From contig MU053493.1 in assembly GCA_013239625.1 (NCBI GenBank), positions 691,793-755,792 on the forward strand: a stretch of 64,000 bases of DNA. The letters are read 5' to 3'. This document shows, piece by piece, positions 1 to 12,077 of this stretch. Each line of letters opens with the position of its first letter. Positions within the stretch are counted from its first letter, which is position 1. Source of the stretch: Lama guanicoe (lineage: Eukaryota). The position numbers and the translations under genes were made by a program. The notes under the pieces were generated by a model, which worked only from the letters and a program-made list of their open reading frames with translations, did no database searches and was not told the DNA's origin.

Positions 1-146
1 GAAGGGATAGCAGGAGTGGCCGCAGCTCCCATGATGACAAGAATGAAAAGAGATGCATCACAGAGACGTCGAGCCTGATATCTTCAGACTGCTGAGTAAA
101 TATCAGTAGCCACCTGCTTATCTCTGTGTTTCTCTCCCCTCCACCC

Positions 147-471
147 AGACTAACTGAGATGAGTTGACAGAGCACTGTGAAAGTTTAAGGTGCTCAGTGT
201 GATTTGATACACTGATATAGTGTAAAATGGTTACCACTGTCGCATGAGCTAAGGCCTCTTTCATATCACATAAGTACCATTTTGTTGTGTGTGTGGGAAC
301 ATTTAAGAGCTACACTCTTAGCGATTTTTCAAGTATGTAATACAGTATTATTAATTACAATCACCATGCCGTGTATTAGACTCCCAGAACTTACTCATCT
401 TTTAAAAAGAATTTTTGGGGAGGATTATAATTAGAAATTACTGACTGACTGACTGAGTGACTGACTGACCG

Positions 472-508
<37 letters not shown>

Positions 509-790
509 ATTATTTATTTAAATGGAGGATTGAACCCAGGATCTTGTGTATGCTAAGCATGCCCTCTACCCACTGAAATATATCCTACCCTCCTCATTTA
601 TCTTATAATTGGAAGTTTGTACACTTTGACCAACATCTCCCCATCAGCCTTACTCCCACCCCAGCCTCTGGTAAGCACCACTCTACTCTGTTTCTATGAG
701 TTTGTCTTCTTATTAGATTCTATGTATAAATCGTATCATGCAATATGTGTCTTTTGCTACCTGACTTAATTCACTTAGCCTAATGCCTTC
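147..790 (-). mobile_element. L1 3' end (L1MA-like), interrupted by a SINE
   Basis: Typical antisense L1 3'UTR text (gagatgagttgaca...actctactctgtttctatgagttt...cacttagcctaatgccttc). Confidence 0.75.
414..592 (-). mobile_element. tRNA-Ala-derived SINE with expanded (GACT)n(TATC)n microsatellite
   Basis: ggattgaacccagg...tgctaagcatg...ctctacccactga is the antisense tRNA-like head. The microsatellite lies at 440-508. Confidence 0.8.
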
Positions 791-2394
791 AAATTGGCTT
801 TTACAGGCAATGGCACATTAGCAAATCATATTAAAGAGTAAGTAGAAAACACTGAAGTGTTTGGGACTAATGCAATTATGTTTTTAGCATAGTACTCTAT
901 TATATCCCAAATGATTTGATATGAGTAAGGGTCAAAACTGGGATTCTGTTAAGAGATGAAGATGATGTAGAAGAAGATGAGGTGTGTTTTTTTTGGGACA
1001 CGGGAGTGAAGATATCTTTTCAAGAGTGAACAGTAGTGTGGTTTAATGAGATAAGGGAGGAAGGACAAGTTTTGGGTGAAAGTCACCAAAAGCTTGTATA
1101 CCAGGACTCTATGAAACATCCTAAGAAAGATATGAGAGAGACAATAAAGATGCGTAACTTAAGAGGATGAATTACTGCCCTGCATTAGAGCAATATATTT
1201 ATCAGAGAAAACGTGTAAGGGGTAATGAGGAATGTGTGTCCATGATTGTATTCTGGGAAGTGGAAATATTTCCATATCTAGTATTGAAGGAAGATCTGGT
1301 TGAAGTGACTCAAAAGGGTAGTTAGAGGAGAGATGGAAAATTAAACTTAGAGCAAATCAGATCATATAAATTAAAATAGCAGCATTCTGAGCTGGAGTAA
1401 TTGACCAGTGGTGTAAAATTCTGCTGCAGTATCACAACCATTTGAGTGTGTGTGTGGGTCGGAGGAGGAGGGTGCTGTCACATTAGTAGGGCTAATGATG
1501 GTTAGAGATAAGATAAATATGATTAAGGCAGAGGCATAATGAGAGGTGCATTATCTCAGTGAGAGATAATGGTGATCTTAACCAGGGAGTGAGTAATAAA
1601 AATGAAGATCAATGGGAAAAGTCAATAAAAATGTGGAGATGAATTTGACAGGAAGTGATGATTGATTAAATGCTAGAAATATGGACAGACAAGAGTCGAG
1701 GAGGACTGCCAGGTTTCTGCCATGCACAACAGTTCGAGTAACACCTATTATTGATGTGGGAGCAAAGGAAAAGCAGGTTCCTGTGAAAAGATGCTGACTC
1801 TGGCTTTAGACATGTTGAGTTGGATGTGACTGTGAGACATCTAAACAGAGACACCCATTTGACTGGGGAGAAATTCATAAGAGAGGAAATGGAGGTGTAG
1901 GTTAAGGTTTCATGAACTCGTGAGTGGGAGTGAAGATGTTGCTGAGGGAGTGTGTATGGACTTGGAAAGGCACCCTGTGCTTTGCCTGAGCAGCTCAGGC
2001 AGGAAGTCCACTGTTCAGGTCACTCAGACACTAACACTAGTCTCCTCAGGCTTATGTGCTTTTCTAGTTCCTAAAGGCAGTGGAGTTTGGGAACCTTAGA
2101 GGAAGAGGGGGAAGAGGTGCAGGATGAAGCATGGCAGAGAACAAATATTAAATGCACAAGCAGAGAGAGAACTCTTATAATACAAATAAACAGTGGACAG
2201 AGATTAGAAATAAAGCAAAACCTAATGAATACGGTTTTTAGAGATACCAAGGGAAGATGAGGATGACCAGTAGTATGAAAATCAGTTGAGCTGTGAAGTA
2301 ATAAAATGACGTGCACTGAATTTACTAATAAGTAGATCGTATTCCTCTAATTAAGAGTAATTTCAATGGAATAGGTGTTAACAGTGAATTAAGA

Positions 2395-2759
2395 ATTGAG
2401 CATGTTGGACCTAGAGATGACCATACTAAGTGAAGTAAGTCAGAAAAAGAAAGACCAATATCATATGATGTCACTTATATGAGAAATCTAAAAAAATGAA
2501 CTTATTTACAAAACAGAAATATACTCACAGACATAGAGAACAAATTTATGGTTACCAGGGGTAAAGGGGTAGGGAGGGATAAATTAGGAATCTGGGATTA
2601 GGAGATACAGACTACTATATATAAAATAGACAAACAACAAGGTCCTACCATAAAGCATAAGGAACTATATTCGATATTTTGTAATAACCTATAATGAAAA
2701 AGGATATGAAAAAGACTATATATATAGATATACACATACATATACATATATATACACAC

Positions 2760-2798
<39 letters not shown>

Positions 2799-2876
2799 CA
2801 GATAGATAAACTGATCACTATGTTTACACCAGAAACTAACACAACATTGTAACTGAAATATACTTCAATAAAAAGA
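2395..2876 (+). mobile_element. L1 3' end with internal (TAGA)n
   Basis: ctaagtgaagtaagtcagaaa...cacagacatagagaacaaa...acattgtaac...tacttcaataaaaa. Confidence 0.85.
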
Positions 2877-3269
2877 AAGGATTGAGTATGTCAGTGTGAA
2901 CAACTTGAACATATTCCACTGTTGTTGGAATGAAACCAGTGTTGAGGGTGTGGAGAGACAGACAGCTCAAGTGGGGTTACTAGCCTTAAACAAAATCAGG
3001 AGTACATTCTCTATAGGGATGAGACAGAAAGATAAAATGACTGATTAGGTGTAAGCACATGTGTGTATGTGGCAGGAAGTTGATGGTGCTCAGAGTAGTG
3101 GTGAGGGAAGTAAAAATTCAGGACAGACAAGGGAAGTGGAAAGGAAGATAATCCCAGCAGTGTCCTATAGGATGGAGAAGATTGAATTCTTTCCGGGAGT
3201 GCCTGCCAGGGCAGACTCCAGCAGATCTTAGCAAATTTAATTTATCAATATATAACAAGAATAGTACAC

Positions 3270-4285
3270 TGAGTTTATTACTTATTCCAGGAATGCAAAG
3301 TTGCTTCAGTATTCAAAAGTCAATCATCATAATTCACCATATTCACAGTCTTAAGAAGAAAAATCACAAGATCACATAAATCCATACAGAAAAAAGTTAA
3401 CAAAATTCAACTCCCATTCATGATAAACATTCTTAGCAAACTAGGCTTAGAAAGGGAATCATCAACCTGAAAAAGACCATAAACAAATAAATTAGCAAGC
3501 AAACAGAAAACCTGGCTACAGTTTACATTAGGTACTGTTTAATGGCAGAAGACTGAATGCTTCCCTGGAAGATCAGGTTCAAGAGTAAGATGCCTTCTCT
3601 CATCACTCATTTTCAGATTGGCGGTCAAAGTCCTAACCAGTTCAACAGAATGAGAAAGGATACAAATGCTTAGAGATTGACAATGAGGAAATAAAGCTGC
3701 TTCTATCTGCAGATTACAAGTGACTATTTAGAATCCACCCCAGATATCCACTGACAAGTATACATAGAATAGATAAACAAGATTATACTGTATGGCACAG
3801 GGAAATATATACAAGATCTCGTGGTAGCTCACGGTGAAAAAGAATGAGACAATGAATATATGTATGTTCATGTAGAACTGAAAAATTGTGCTCTACACTG
3901 AAAATTGACACAACATTGTAACCTGATTATAACTCAATAAAATAAAATTTTAAAAAATGTCTTCTAGAATGAATAAGCAAATTTAGTAAGGTCACAAGAT
4001 ACAAGGTGAAAACACACAACCAATTAGATTTCTAAATACTCATAATTAACAATTAGAAACTGAAATTTAAAATTTGGTGCATTTGTAGGGGCTCAAAAAA
4101 TAGGTATAAACCTAAAAATAAACATGTATGGGATCTGTATGTTGAAACATATAAAACATCGATTAAAAAAAAAGACCTAAATAAATGAAGAGCAACACCA
4201 TGGTTATAAGATCAGAAGACATTGCATAGTAATTAGAGCAAATCCATCTATAGGCTAAACACAATTCCTATCAAAACCCCAGCAG
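3270..4285 (+). mobile_element. Old L1 ORF2 fragment with a younger L1 3'UTR nested at about 3750-3960
   Basis: RT-region text (attccaggaatgcaaagttgcttcag, caaggtgaaaacacacaac) is interrupted by atagaatagataaacaagattatactg...aactcaataaaa. Confidence 0.75.
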
Positions 4286-4461
4286 TTTGCCTAGAATGTC
4301 CTGGTTTTAGCACGGAAATTTCTACTCCCTAAGAGGCCCTTATGTGGGATATGATTTGGGCTATGAGGGGAAAAAACTGGGGGGAAAAAAACCTACAGAA
4401 TCCACACACCAGCCACAAAATAGAGGCTGGGTGCATTTTACTATCAAGTAGATACAGCATG

Positions 4462-4634
4462 GGGTAGAGGGTAGAGCTCAGTGGTAGAGCACATGCTTAG
4501 CATGCACGAGGTCCTGGGTTCAATCCCCGTTGCCTCCATCAAATAAATAAATAGATCAATAAGTAAACAAACAAATAAATAAATTACCCCTTCCAAAAAA
4601 ACAAAAACAAACAAACAAACAAAATTTTTGATTA
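4462..4634 (+). mobile_element. tRNA-Ala(AGC)-derived SINE (Vic-1-like) with 16-bp TSD
   Basis: A box (agctcagtgg), B box (ggttcaatccc) and A-rich tail. TSD aagtagatacagcatg 4446-4461 / aagtaggtacagcatg 4635-4650. Confidence 0.92.
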
Positions 4635-5145
4635 AAGTAGGTACAGCATGTATTATCTGTGTCTCCACATTTCACAGTCCCTGTCACTGCTGTGTTTTTG
4701 CTTTTCTCCCTGACCAGGAATATTACCAACTAGGATTTGCAGTTCACACTAATGGGTCATCTCTTGCAGCATCACTTCAAGTGTTGTGGTTTAAACATGC
4801 TTCTCCGGCACGTTGTAATCATGAGTGTTAGTTCATATTCGACTTTACCTATTGATTAATGGTTCTGCTTTGGATCCATTTAGTACGAGTACACTTTTTA
4901 CCTTTATGAATATCCATGACCATATTTTCTAAGAACTCTGAGAGTGAAAATGAGAGCAATCGCAGCGCCCAAGCTAGCATGGTCCCAGACTTCACTGAAT
5001 AGGAGGCTAAATGACTGGGTTATTTTAATGACACCTGAAGGGCACATGCAAATGGGTTAGCAAGGTCAATGAACAAAACAGAGTGTGTTACACAATGCAC
5101 AGAACAGAGTGTGGGGTTGGACATAGTAAGGAAGGTGGAGTGATC

Positions 5146-5355
5146 CATATTAACTTGCTGGGGCTGCTGTCACAAAGTACTGTAGACTGGGGGCTCAAAC
5201 CACAGAAATCTATGTTCTCACAGTTCTGGAGGCTGGAAATCTGAGATCAAGGTGTCAGCAGGGTTGGGTCTTTCTCGGGGCTGGGAAGGAAGACCTCGCT
5301 TCTTGTCTCATAGCTGGCTGTCTTCTGAGTCTTCACACTGCCTTCCCTTTGTATG
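5146..5355 (-). mobile_element. MaLR LTR (MLT1-like) fragment
   Basis: gggctgctgtcacaaagtac...ctcacagttctggaggctggaaatctgagatcaaggtgtcagcagggttgg. Confidence 0.8.
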
Positions 5356-5823
5356 GAGACTGGGTCTCACAAGTTGGGGATGAGACAAACAAGTGCTCCT
5401 AAAAGGATCAAAAGCTCTCTCTCTCTGTGTCTCTCTCTCTCCCTACCCAAAGATTCCAATGCTTGGCTGAAAATAGTAGCCACTGAATTAGCATGGGTAT
5501 ACCACACACACAAAAAGACTCACCGTCGATGCACTTTCTTGATTGCTCTCAGAAACTAAGTTACATTCCCTGACTTGTGTGCTGCAAATAAAATGTCCTT
5601 TGGGTAAACAGAAGGGGGAAATTCTGATAAGAAATGTTATCGGTCCCTCAACTTGTAAAGCTGTTTCTCTCAGGTCTTATCAGCATCAGGCTTTCTACAT
5701 CGTATCAAGTGATGCATAGAATCATGGCAACCACAACAGAAAAAAATGCACTCCCAGCACTTCAGTATTTTGAGTTTTAAAACGGAGCTTCAAATTAGCA
5801 TTTTGGTTTCTATGAAAAAAAAA

Positions 5824-5952
5824 TTTTTTTTAGCTGGGAGGTAATTAGGTTTATTTATTTATTTGTTTATTTAGTGGAGAGACTGAGGATTGAACCCAGG
5901 CCCTCGGGCATGCTAACCATGCACTCTACCACTGAGCTACACCCTCCCCCTC
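5824..5952 (-). mobile_element. tRNA-Ala-derived SINE
   Basis: Antisense head gattgaacccagg...ctctaccactgagctacaccctcccc, flanked by ctatgaaaa repeats. Confidence 0.9.
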
Positions 5953-6664
5953 ACTATGAAAATTTTAATTGAGCCACAGAAAACATAAAACAGAAGATTA
6001 TTGATATCTCGTCCAAATCCAAACTAGACTTTGCTCATATATCAGCATGTTTGGCAGACAGAGCAAATGTAAATTTGGCAAATCTCATTCAGTCTACGTG
6101 TGTCTTCCCAAAGAAAATGAAATGGAAAGATCTTCCTTGCTAAATGCCCCACACAGCTTTCACACAGCACTGTTAAAATGGGGCATCATAGGCTTACCTG
6201 GGACTTTGAGACTTTTCATAAAGAAAGATTTGGTCACTTTTCAGTTTTCTGAAAATGTGTGGAAACACTAATGATATGAGTAGCTTCACAGAAATTGAAG
6301 GAAATTGTCCCCGTGGACACAAGCTGGCTCTCATTGTTTTCAGTCATCAAAAAGATATCAAAACTTTGGCTTGCCTTTAAATTATATTTTCAATCTGTGG
6401 GAGAAGAAAGATCTTGTCTCATTTGGAAATACAATATGAATGAGAATGAAAAAAAGAGAACAGTAAAACAGAAACTTATATGCTTTTTTCCAAGAACTGC
6501 CAATGATCTTTGAAGAGGCCCTAAGGAGCCTAGAAAAAGATGAACTGATTGTATTTTAATTACCTGATGCTATGTTTGGTTGCAACAAAAATTGATACAG
6601 CTTTTTTTTTTAGTGGGGGGAGACTGTTTGCAGAACTAAAAAATGAAACAAAAAAAGATCATCA

Positions 6665-6709
6665 ACACAACATTGTAAACTGACTATTACTCAGTTAAAA
6701 AATGTAAAA
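6665..6709 (+). mobile_element. Ultra-short (about 45 bp) L1 3' terminus with TSD
   Basis: acacaacattgtaaactgactat plus an A tail between aaaaaagatcatca repeats (6651-6664 and 6710-6723). Confidence 0.8.
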
Positions 6710-7864
6710 AAAAAAGATCATCAGAAAAAGACAGCCAGCAAAACTGGACTTTCTCAATTTCTCTTTTAAAATTGTAACTAATTTGTAATAAAACTTTGAT
6801 TTCATAAGTTCAAGTTACCTCTGTGCCTTGATACCGATTTCCCTGAGAAAGTGGGCTAACTTATGATAAGATCCAGTGCACTTTGGAGTGTTCACAAATC
6901 ATGGACCTTTCAGATTTGTGAACCTACATGATGAGTTTAATAGAAGCAAAAGGTACGGGTGACAAATAGCTAATTTATCAAAATCAGCGTGCAGATACAA
7001 AGTACATTGTGTTTTGAACACTTTTTCAAAGGAGACATTTTTCTGAAAGCTGGAAACTAATTCCTACAGATCTGAAAATCTACTCTTGCTGATAAGTAAA
7101 ACCAGAAGTATTCTATGCTCAGAAGTGTTTGCTGAGAAAACATTTAGCTCGGTGTCATCACATTGGGCTTTCGCAAGGAATCAGTGTCATGTGGAGTCAA
7201 GCACAGATCCACGAGTCAAAGCAAACTATATGTTTGTGCTCAGACTTATCACTATGTAAAAAACACCGCTTATCATGAAAGCTACCAGCTGGGTAGAGAA
7301 GTGTTATTGGAAGAGGAAACAGAAGAAGTAAAAATATCCAGTGTATTGTGGGACAGAAATAATTACATCATTGTTATTTTCAAATTAAGTATCTGAATAT
7401 CCTCCATCCTTTTGAATTTATATTCCCCTAAAGTTCTTACATTTATGCATCTTAAGAATAACTAAAATATAGCCTACAATATTTAAATATGCAGTCAACA
7501 GTCAAATAAATTGCTGTAGCAGAGGGCAGAAACACAAAATCTTGTTATATTTTCTCACAAATATTTACTTATTTAATAGTTTAATTGTTAATTACTACTT
7601 ATTGCCACTGTTAACTAGTCCTATTATTTATTTTGTTTAAAAATATCATTTATGCAACATAAAAGTAAATGAACAAGATAATATGATTTCAAAATAATAT
7701 AGAATAATATACCACATAATTTTAATACACAAATAAACCCCTATTTTCATGTTACATTTAATTAATAACACTGGTGTATGATTATTTACTATAGATTATG
7801 CTATTATAATTTATTTGTCTGGTATGACTGTGTCCTGGCTTGAGTCTCTAAGAGGTGGTCACCT

Positions 7865-10800
7865 TAGATATAGACAAACTGATTCTAAAATTTATATTGA
7901 GAAGCCAAAGAGCTAGAACAGTTAAAACTTTGTAAAAGATGAATAAAATTGGAGGAATGTCTCTACCCAGTTTTAAGACTTAATACGTAACTCTGCAATC
8001 AGTGTAACAACAGAGTCACCACAAGTAACAGCCAACTGATTTCAGACGAAGGTGCAAAAGCAAGTCAGTGGAGGAAGGACAGCCTTTTCAGCAAATGATG
8101 TTGGAGCATCAGGCATGTACATGAAAAAACAAAGAAAACCCTCACAGACCTCAATATAAATCTCACACCTTATACAAAATTTAACTCTAAATGAATTATA
8201 GATCTAAATGTGAAATGTAAATCTCTAAAAACTTCTAGAAGAAAATATAGGGGGGGAATTCTTCATGACCCAGCGATAGAGGAAGACACCAAAAGCATGA
8301 CCCACAGAAGAAAGGACTGATAAACTGGATCTCATAAAGATCAAAAACTTGTTGTTTTTGTTGTTTTTTGAAAGAAACTGGTAAGAGAAGTAAAACCAGC
8401 AAGCCACAGACTGGAGAATATTCGCGAACCATATGCCCCAAAAAAGGGTTTGTGTTGGAAAAATATAAAGAACTCTCTAAACTCAACATTATGAAAACAG
8501 ACAATCTGATTAGAAAATGTTCAGAGACAGAAGCAGATACTTAACTGAAGTGGACATATGGATGGCAAATTAGCACATGAGGAGATGGTCAATACCATTA
8601 ACCATTAGGGAAATGTAAATTAAAGCCTCAGTGAGGCTCCATTACACACAAATCAGAATGGCTGGAAGAAAATGTACTGTCAATACCCAGGAGAGGCTGT
8701 TGACAACTGGGACTCTCACACATTGCTGGTGGAAATGTAAATTTGTACAGCCGTTCTGCAAAATGGTTTTGGAGTTTCTTATAACGTTAAACATACACTT
8801 ACCATAAGACCTAACAATTTTCCCACTCCTGAGCAATTACTCTACAGAAATGACAGCATATATATGCATTTTAAAAAAAAACAGGTACACTAATTCTTAC
8901 ACCGGCTTTCTTTTGCAATAACCCACAACTGGAATCAATCTACACGCCCTTCAACCAGTAAATGTGGAGATCATAGTACGTATATACAAATACATATTAC
9001 TTGGTAATAAAAGGGAACTGAATATTGTTACACACAGAAATTTGGATGGCCCCTAAAGGTGTTATACTAAGTCCAATAAGCCGATCTCAAAAGGTTACAT
9101 TCTGTATGATTCCAAATTAACATTTTTTAAATGATGGAATTATAGTGAAAGATAATATATAAGTGACCACCACGGTTAGTGGGAAGATGTGATAATAAAG
9201 GGGTAACATGAAAGAATTTATTTGTGATGATGGAACAGTTCTGTGTCCTGATTGTGTTGATGGGTACACAAATCTATATCTGTAATAAAAGTTTTTTTAA
9301 CATTTTTTATTGATTTATAATCATTTTACAATGTTGTGTCAAATTCCAGTGTAGAGCAAAATTTTTCAGTTATACATGAACACACACACACATATATATA
9401 TATATACATGTATATATTCATTGTCACATTTTTTTTCTTTGTGAGCTACCATAAGATCTTGTATATATTTTCCTGTGTGACACAGTATAATCTTGTTTAT
9501 TTATTCTACATTTTGAAATCCCAGTCTATACCTTCCCAGCCTCCATCCCCTTGGCAACCACAAGTTTGTATTCTATGTCTATGAGTCTATTTCTGTTTTG
9601 TATTTATGCTTTGTTTGTTTGTTTGTTTTTAGATTCCACGTATGAGCGATCTGATGTGGTATTTTTCTTTCTCTTTCTGGCTTACTTCATTTAGAATGAC
9701 ATTCTCCAGGAGCATCCATGTTGCTGCAAATGGTGTTATGTTGTCAGTTTTTATGGCTGAATAGTATTCCGTTGTATAAACATACCACATCTTCTTTATC
9801 CAGTTATCCATTGATGGACATTTAGGGTGTTTCCATGTCTTGGCTATTGTAAATAGTGCTGCTATGAACATTGGGGTGCAGGTGTCATTTTGAAGTAGGG
9901 TTCCTGCTGGATATATGCCCAGGAGTGGGAATCCTGGGTCATATGGTAAGTCTATTCCTAGTCTTTTGAGGACTCTCCATACTGTTTTCCACAGTGGCTG
10001 CACCAAACTGCATTCCCAAAAGCAGTGTAGGAGGGTTCCCTTTTCTCCACAGCCTCTCCAGCATTTGTCATTTGTGGATTTTTGAATGGTGGCCATTCTG
10101 ACTGTTGTGAGGTTATACCTCATTGTAGTTTTGCTTTGCATTTCTCTGACAATTAGTGATATTGAGCATTTTTTCATGTGCCTATTGATGAAGAATATAC
10201 AATGGAATAAAGACAATCTCTTCAGCAAATGGTATTGGGAAAACTGGACAGCAGCATGTAAAGCAATGAAGCTAGAACACTCCCTTACACCATACACAAA
10301 AATCAACTCAAAATGGATCAAAGACTTAAACATAAGACAAGATACCATAAACCTCCTAGAAGAAAATATAGGCAAAACATTATCTGACATACATCTCAAA
10401 AATGTTCTCCTAGAACAGTGTACTCAAGCAATAGAAATAAAAGCAAGAATCAACAAATGGGACCTAATGAAACTTACAAGCTTCTGCACAGCAAAGGAAA
10501 CCATAAGTAAAACAAAAAGACAACCTACGGAATGGGAGAAAATTTTTGCAAATGAAACCGACAAAGGCTTGATCTCCATAATATATAAGCAGCTCATATG
10601 ACTTAATAAGAAAAAATCAAACAATCCAATCCAAAAATGGGCTGAAGACCTAAACAAGCAATTCTCCAAAGAAGAAATACAAATGTAATAAAAGTTTATA
10701 GAATTATACACTCCCTTAAAACATGAATGCATTTCGGAATTGGGTAAATCCAAACAAATTTTCTCATCCATGTGTAGTATTTCAACAATGTTAATTTCCT

Positions 10801-10945
10801 ATTTTTGATTATCCTACTTAGGTTATGTAAGTTGGTATCACTGCAGGAAGATGGATGAAGGGGACATTGCAATTCTCTGTACTATTTTTGAAAACTTCCT
10901 TGTGAGCCAAAAATTATTTTAAAATGAAAAGTAAAAATAAATGAA
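7865..10945 (+). mobile_element. Old L1 (ORF2 3' part and 3'UTR), host of the inverted L1
   Basis: gacaaactgattctaaaatttatattg...ccttatacaaaatttaactc...catacacttaccata; the sequence resumes after the TSD at 10697. Confidence 0.8.
9295..10683 (-). mobile_element. Young 5'-truncated L1 with twin-priming inversion
   Basis: The 3' part is antisense (9295 to about 10189) and the 5' part is sense (about 10187-10683). Perfect 14-bp TSD tgtaataaaagttt at 9281-9294 / 10684-10697. Encodes ORF2 C-terminal peptides ([30 protein letters not shown]). Confidence 0.93.
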
Positions 10946-11582
10946 TGCTAGTAGCAATACTCAGAAAGAACAATTTCTTAGAATGGCTTAAGAAAACTGT
11001 GGTATCCATCCTTTTGACATTCAGTGTGCCTCATAATGTGAGGAAACAAAAATCCAAAATTCTTAGAAAAATCAGATTGGAAGGATAAAAGGGTAAAGTA
11101 TGACACTTAAATAAGGCTGTAAAACCATCAAAGGCCACATGATATGATAGTATAGTAATGAAGTTGACAATAATGGATAATACTTACAAAGCAATTGATA
11201 TGTAACTCTTACAACAAGCTAAGAGCATGTATTTCTTTATTACCATTTTATAGATAAGGAAACTGAGACACACAGATATTCATTCATATACCCTTGACTG
11301 CAGGACTAGTTAATGACCTCAGTAGGACTTTCACCCAAAGTGGTCGGACCCTAGAATCTGTAATATGAACAAGTGTGTAATACAAAATTCCTGAAGGTAC
11401 AGAGAACATAATCACAACAGATGAAAATAGCTACTCTCAGCATTTTGATGTGTTCTTTCCCAGATGTGTGCCCTTTTATTTACTTATTGGTTCACCAAAA
11501 AATAAAATATTAACTGAACATGTATGGTGTGCCAATCCTTGTTCTGGGAACATGGGCTACAGCACTGAAAGAAACCAGAACA

Positions 11583-12077
11583 TTGAATACCATTCAGCCA
11601 TTAAAATGACAACATAACGCAATTTGTAGCAACATGGATGTCCCTGGAAAATGTCATTCTAAGTGAAGTAAACCAGAAAGAGAAAGAAAAATACCATATG
11701 AGATTGCTCATATGTGGAATCTAAAAAAAAAAGAAAGAAAGAAAAGAAAAAGACAAATGAACATAAATACAAAACAGAAACAGACTCATAGACATAGAAT
11801 ACAAACTTGTGGTTGCCAGGGGGGAGGAGGGTGGGAAGGGACAGACTGAGAGTTTGAGATTTGTAGATCCTAACAAGTATATATAGAATAGATAAACAAG
11901 ATTATATTGTATAGCACAGGGAACTATATATAAGACCCTGTGCTAGCTCATGGTGAAAAAGTATGTGACAATGAATATATGTATGTTCATGTGTAACTGA
12001 AAAATTATGCTGTACACTGGAAATTGACACAATGTTGTAAAATGACTATAACTCAATAAAATAATATTGAAAAAAAC
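11583..12077 (+). mobile_element. L1 3' end inserted in an L2 remnant
   Basis: Same 3'UTR family as 9295-9780 and 45070-45520. L2-like text flanks it (about 11490-11575 and 12080-12420). Confidence 0.85.

Noticed and set aside
4462..4540. tRNA-Ala(AGC)-like sequences here and at about 520, 5880, 15120, 48690 and 55875
   Set aside because: They have A-rich tails, several show target-site duplications, and six diverged copies are present. These are SINEs, not tRNA genes.
9629..10601. 256-aa and 171-aa ORFs
   Set aside because: L1 ORF2 fragments fused across an inversion junction; not host genes.
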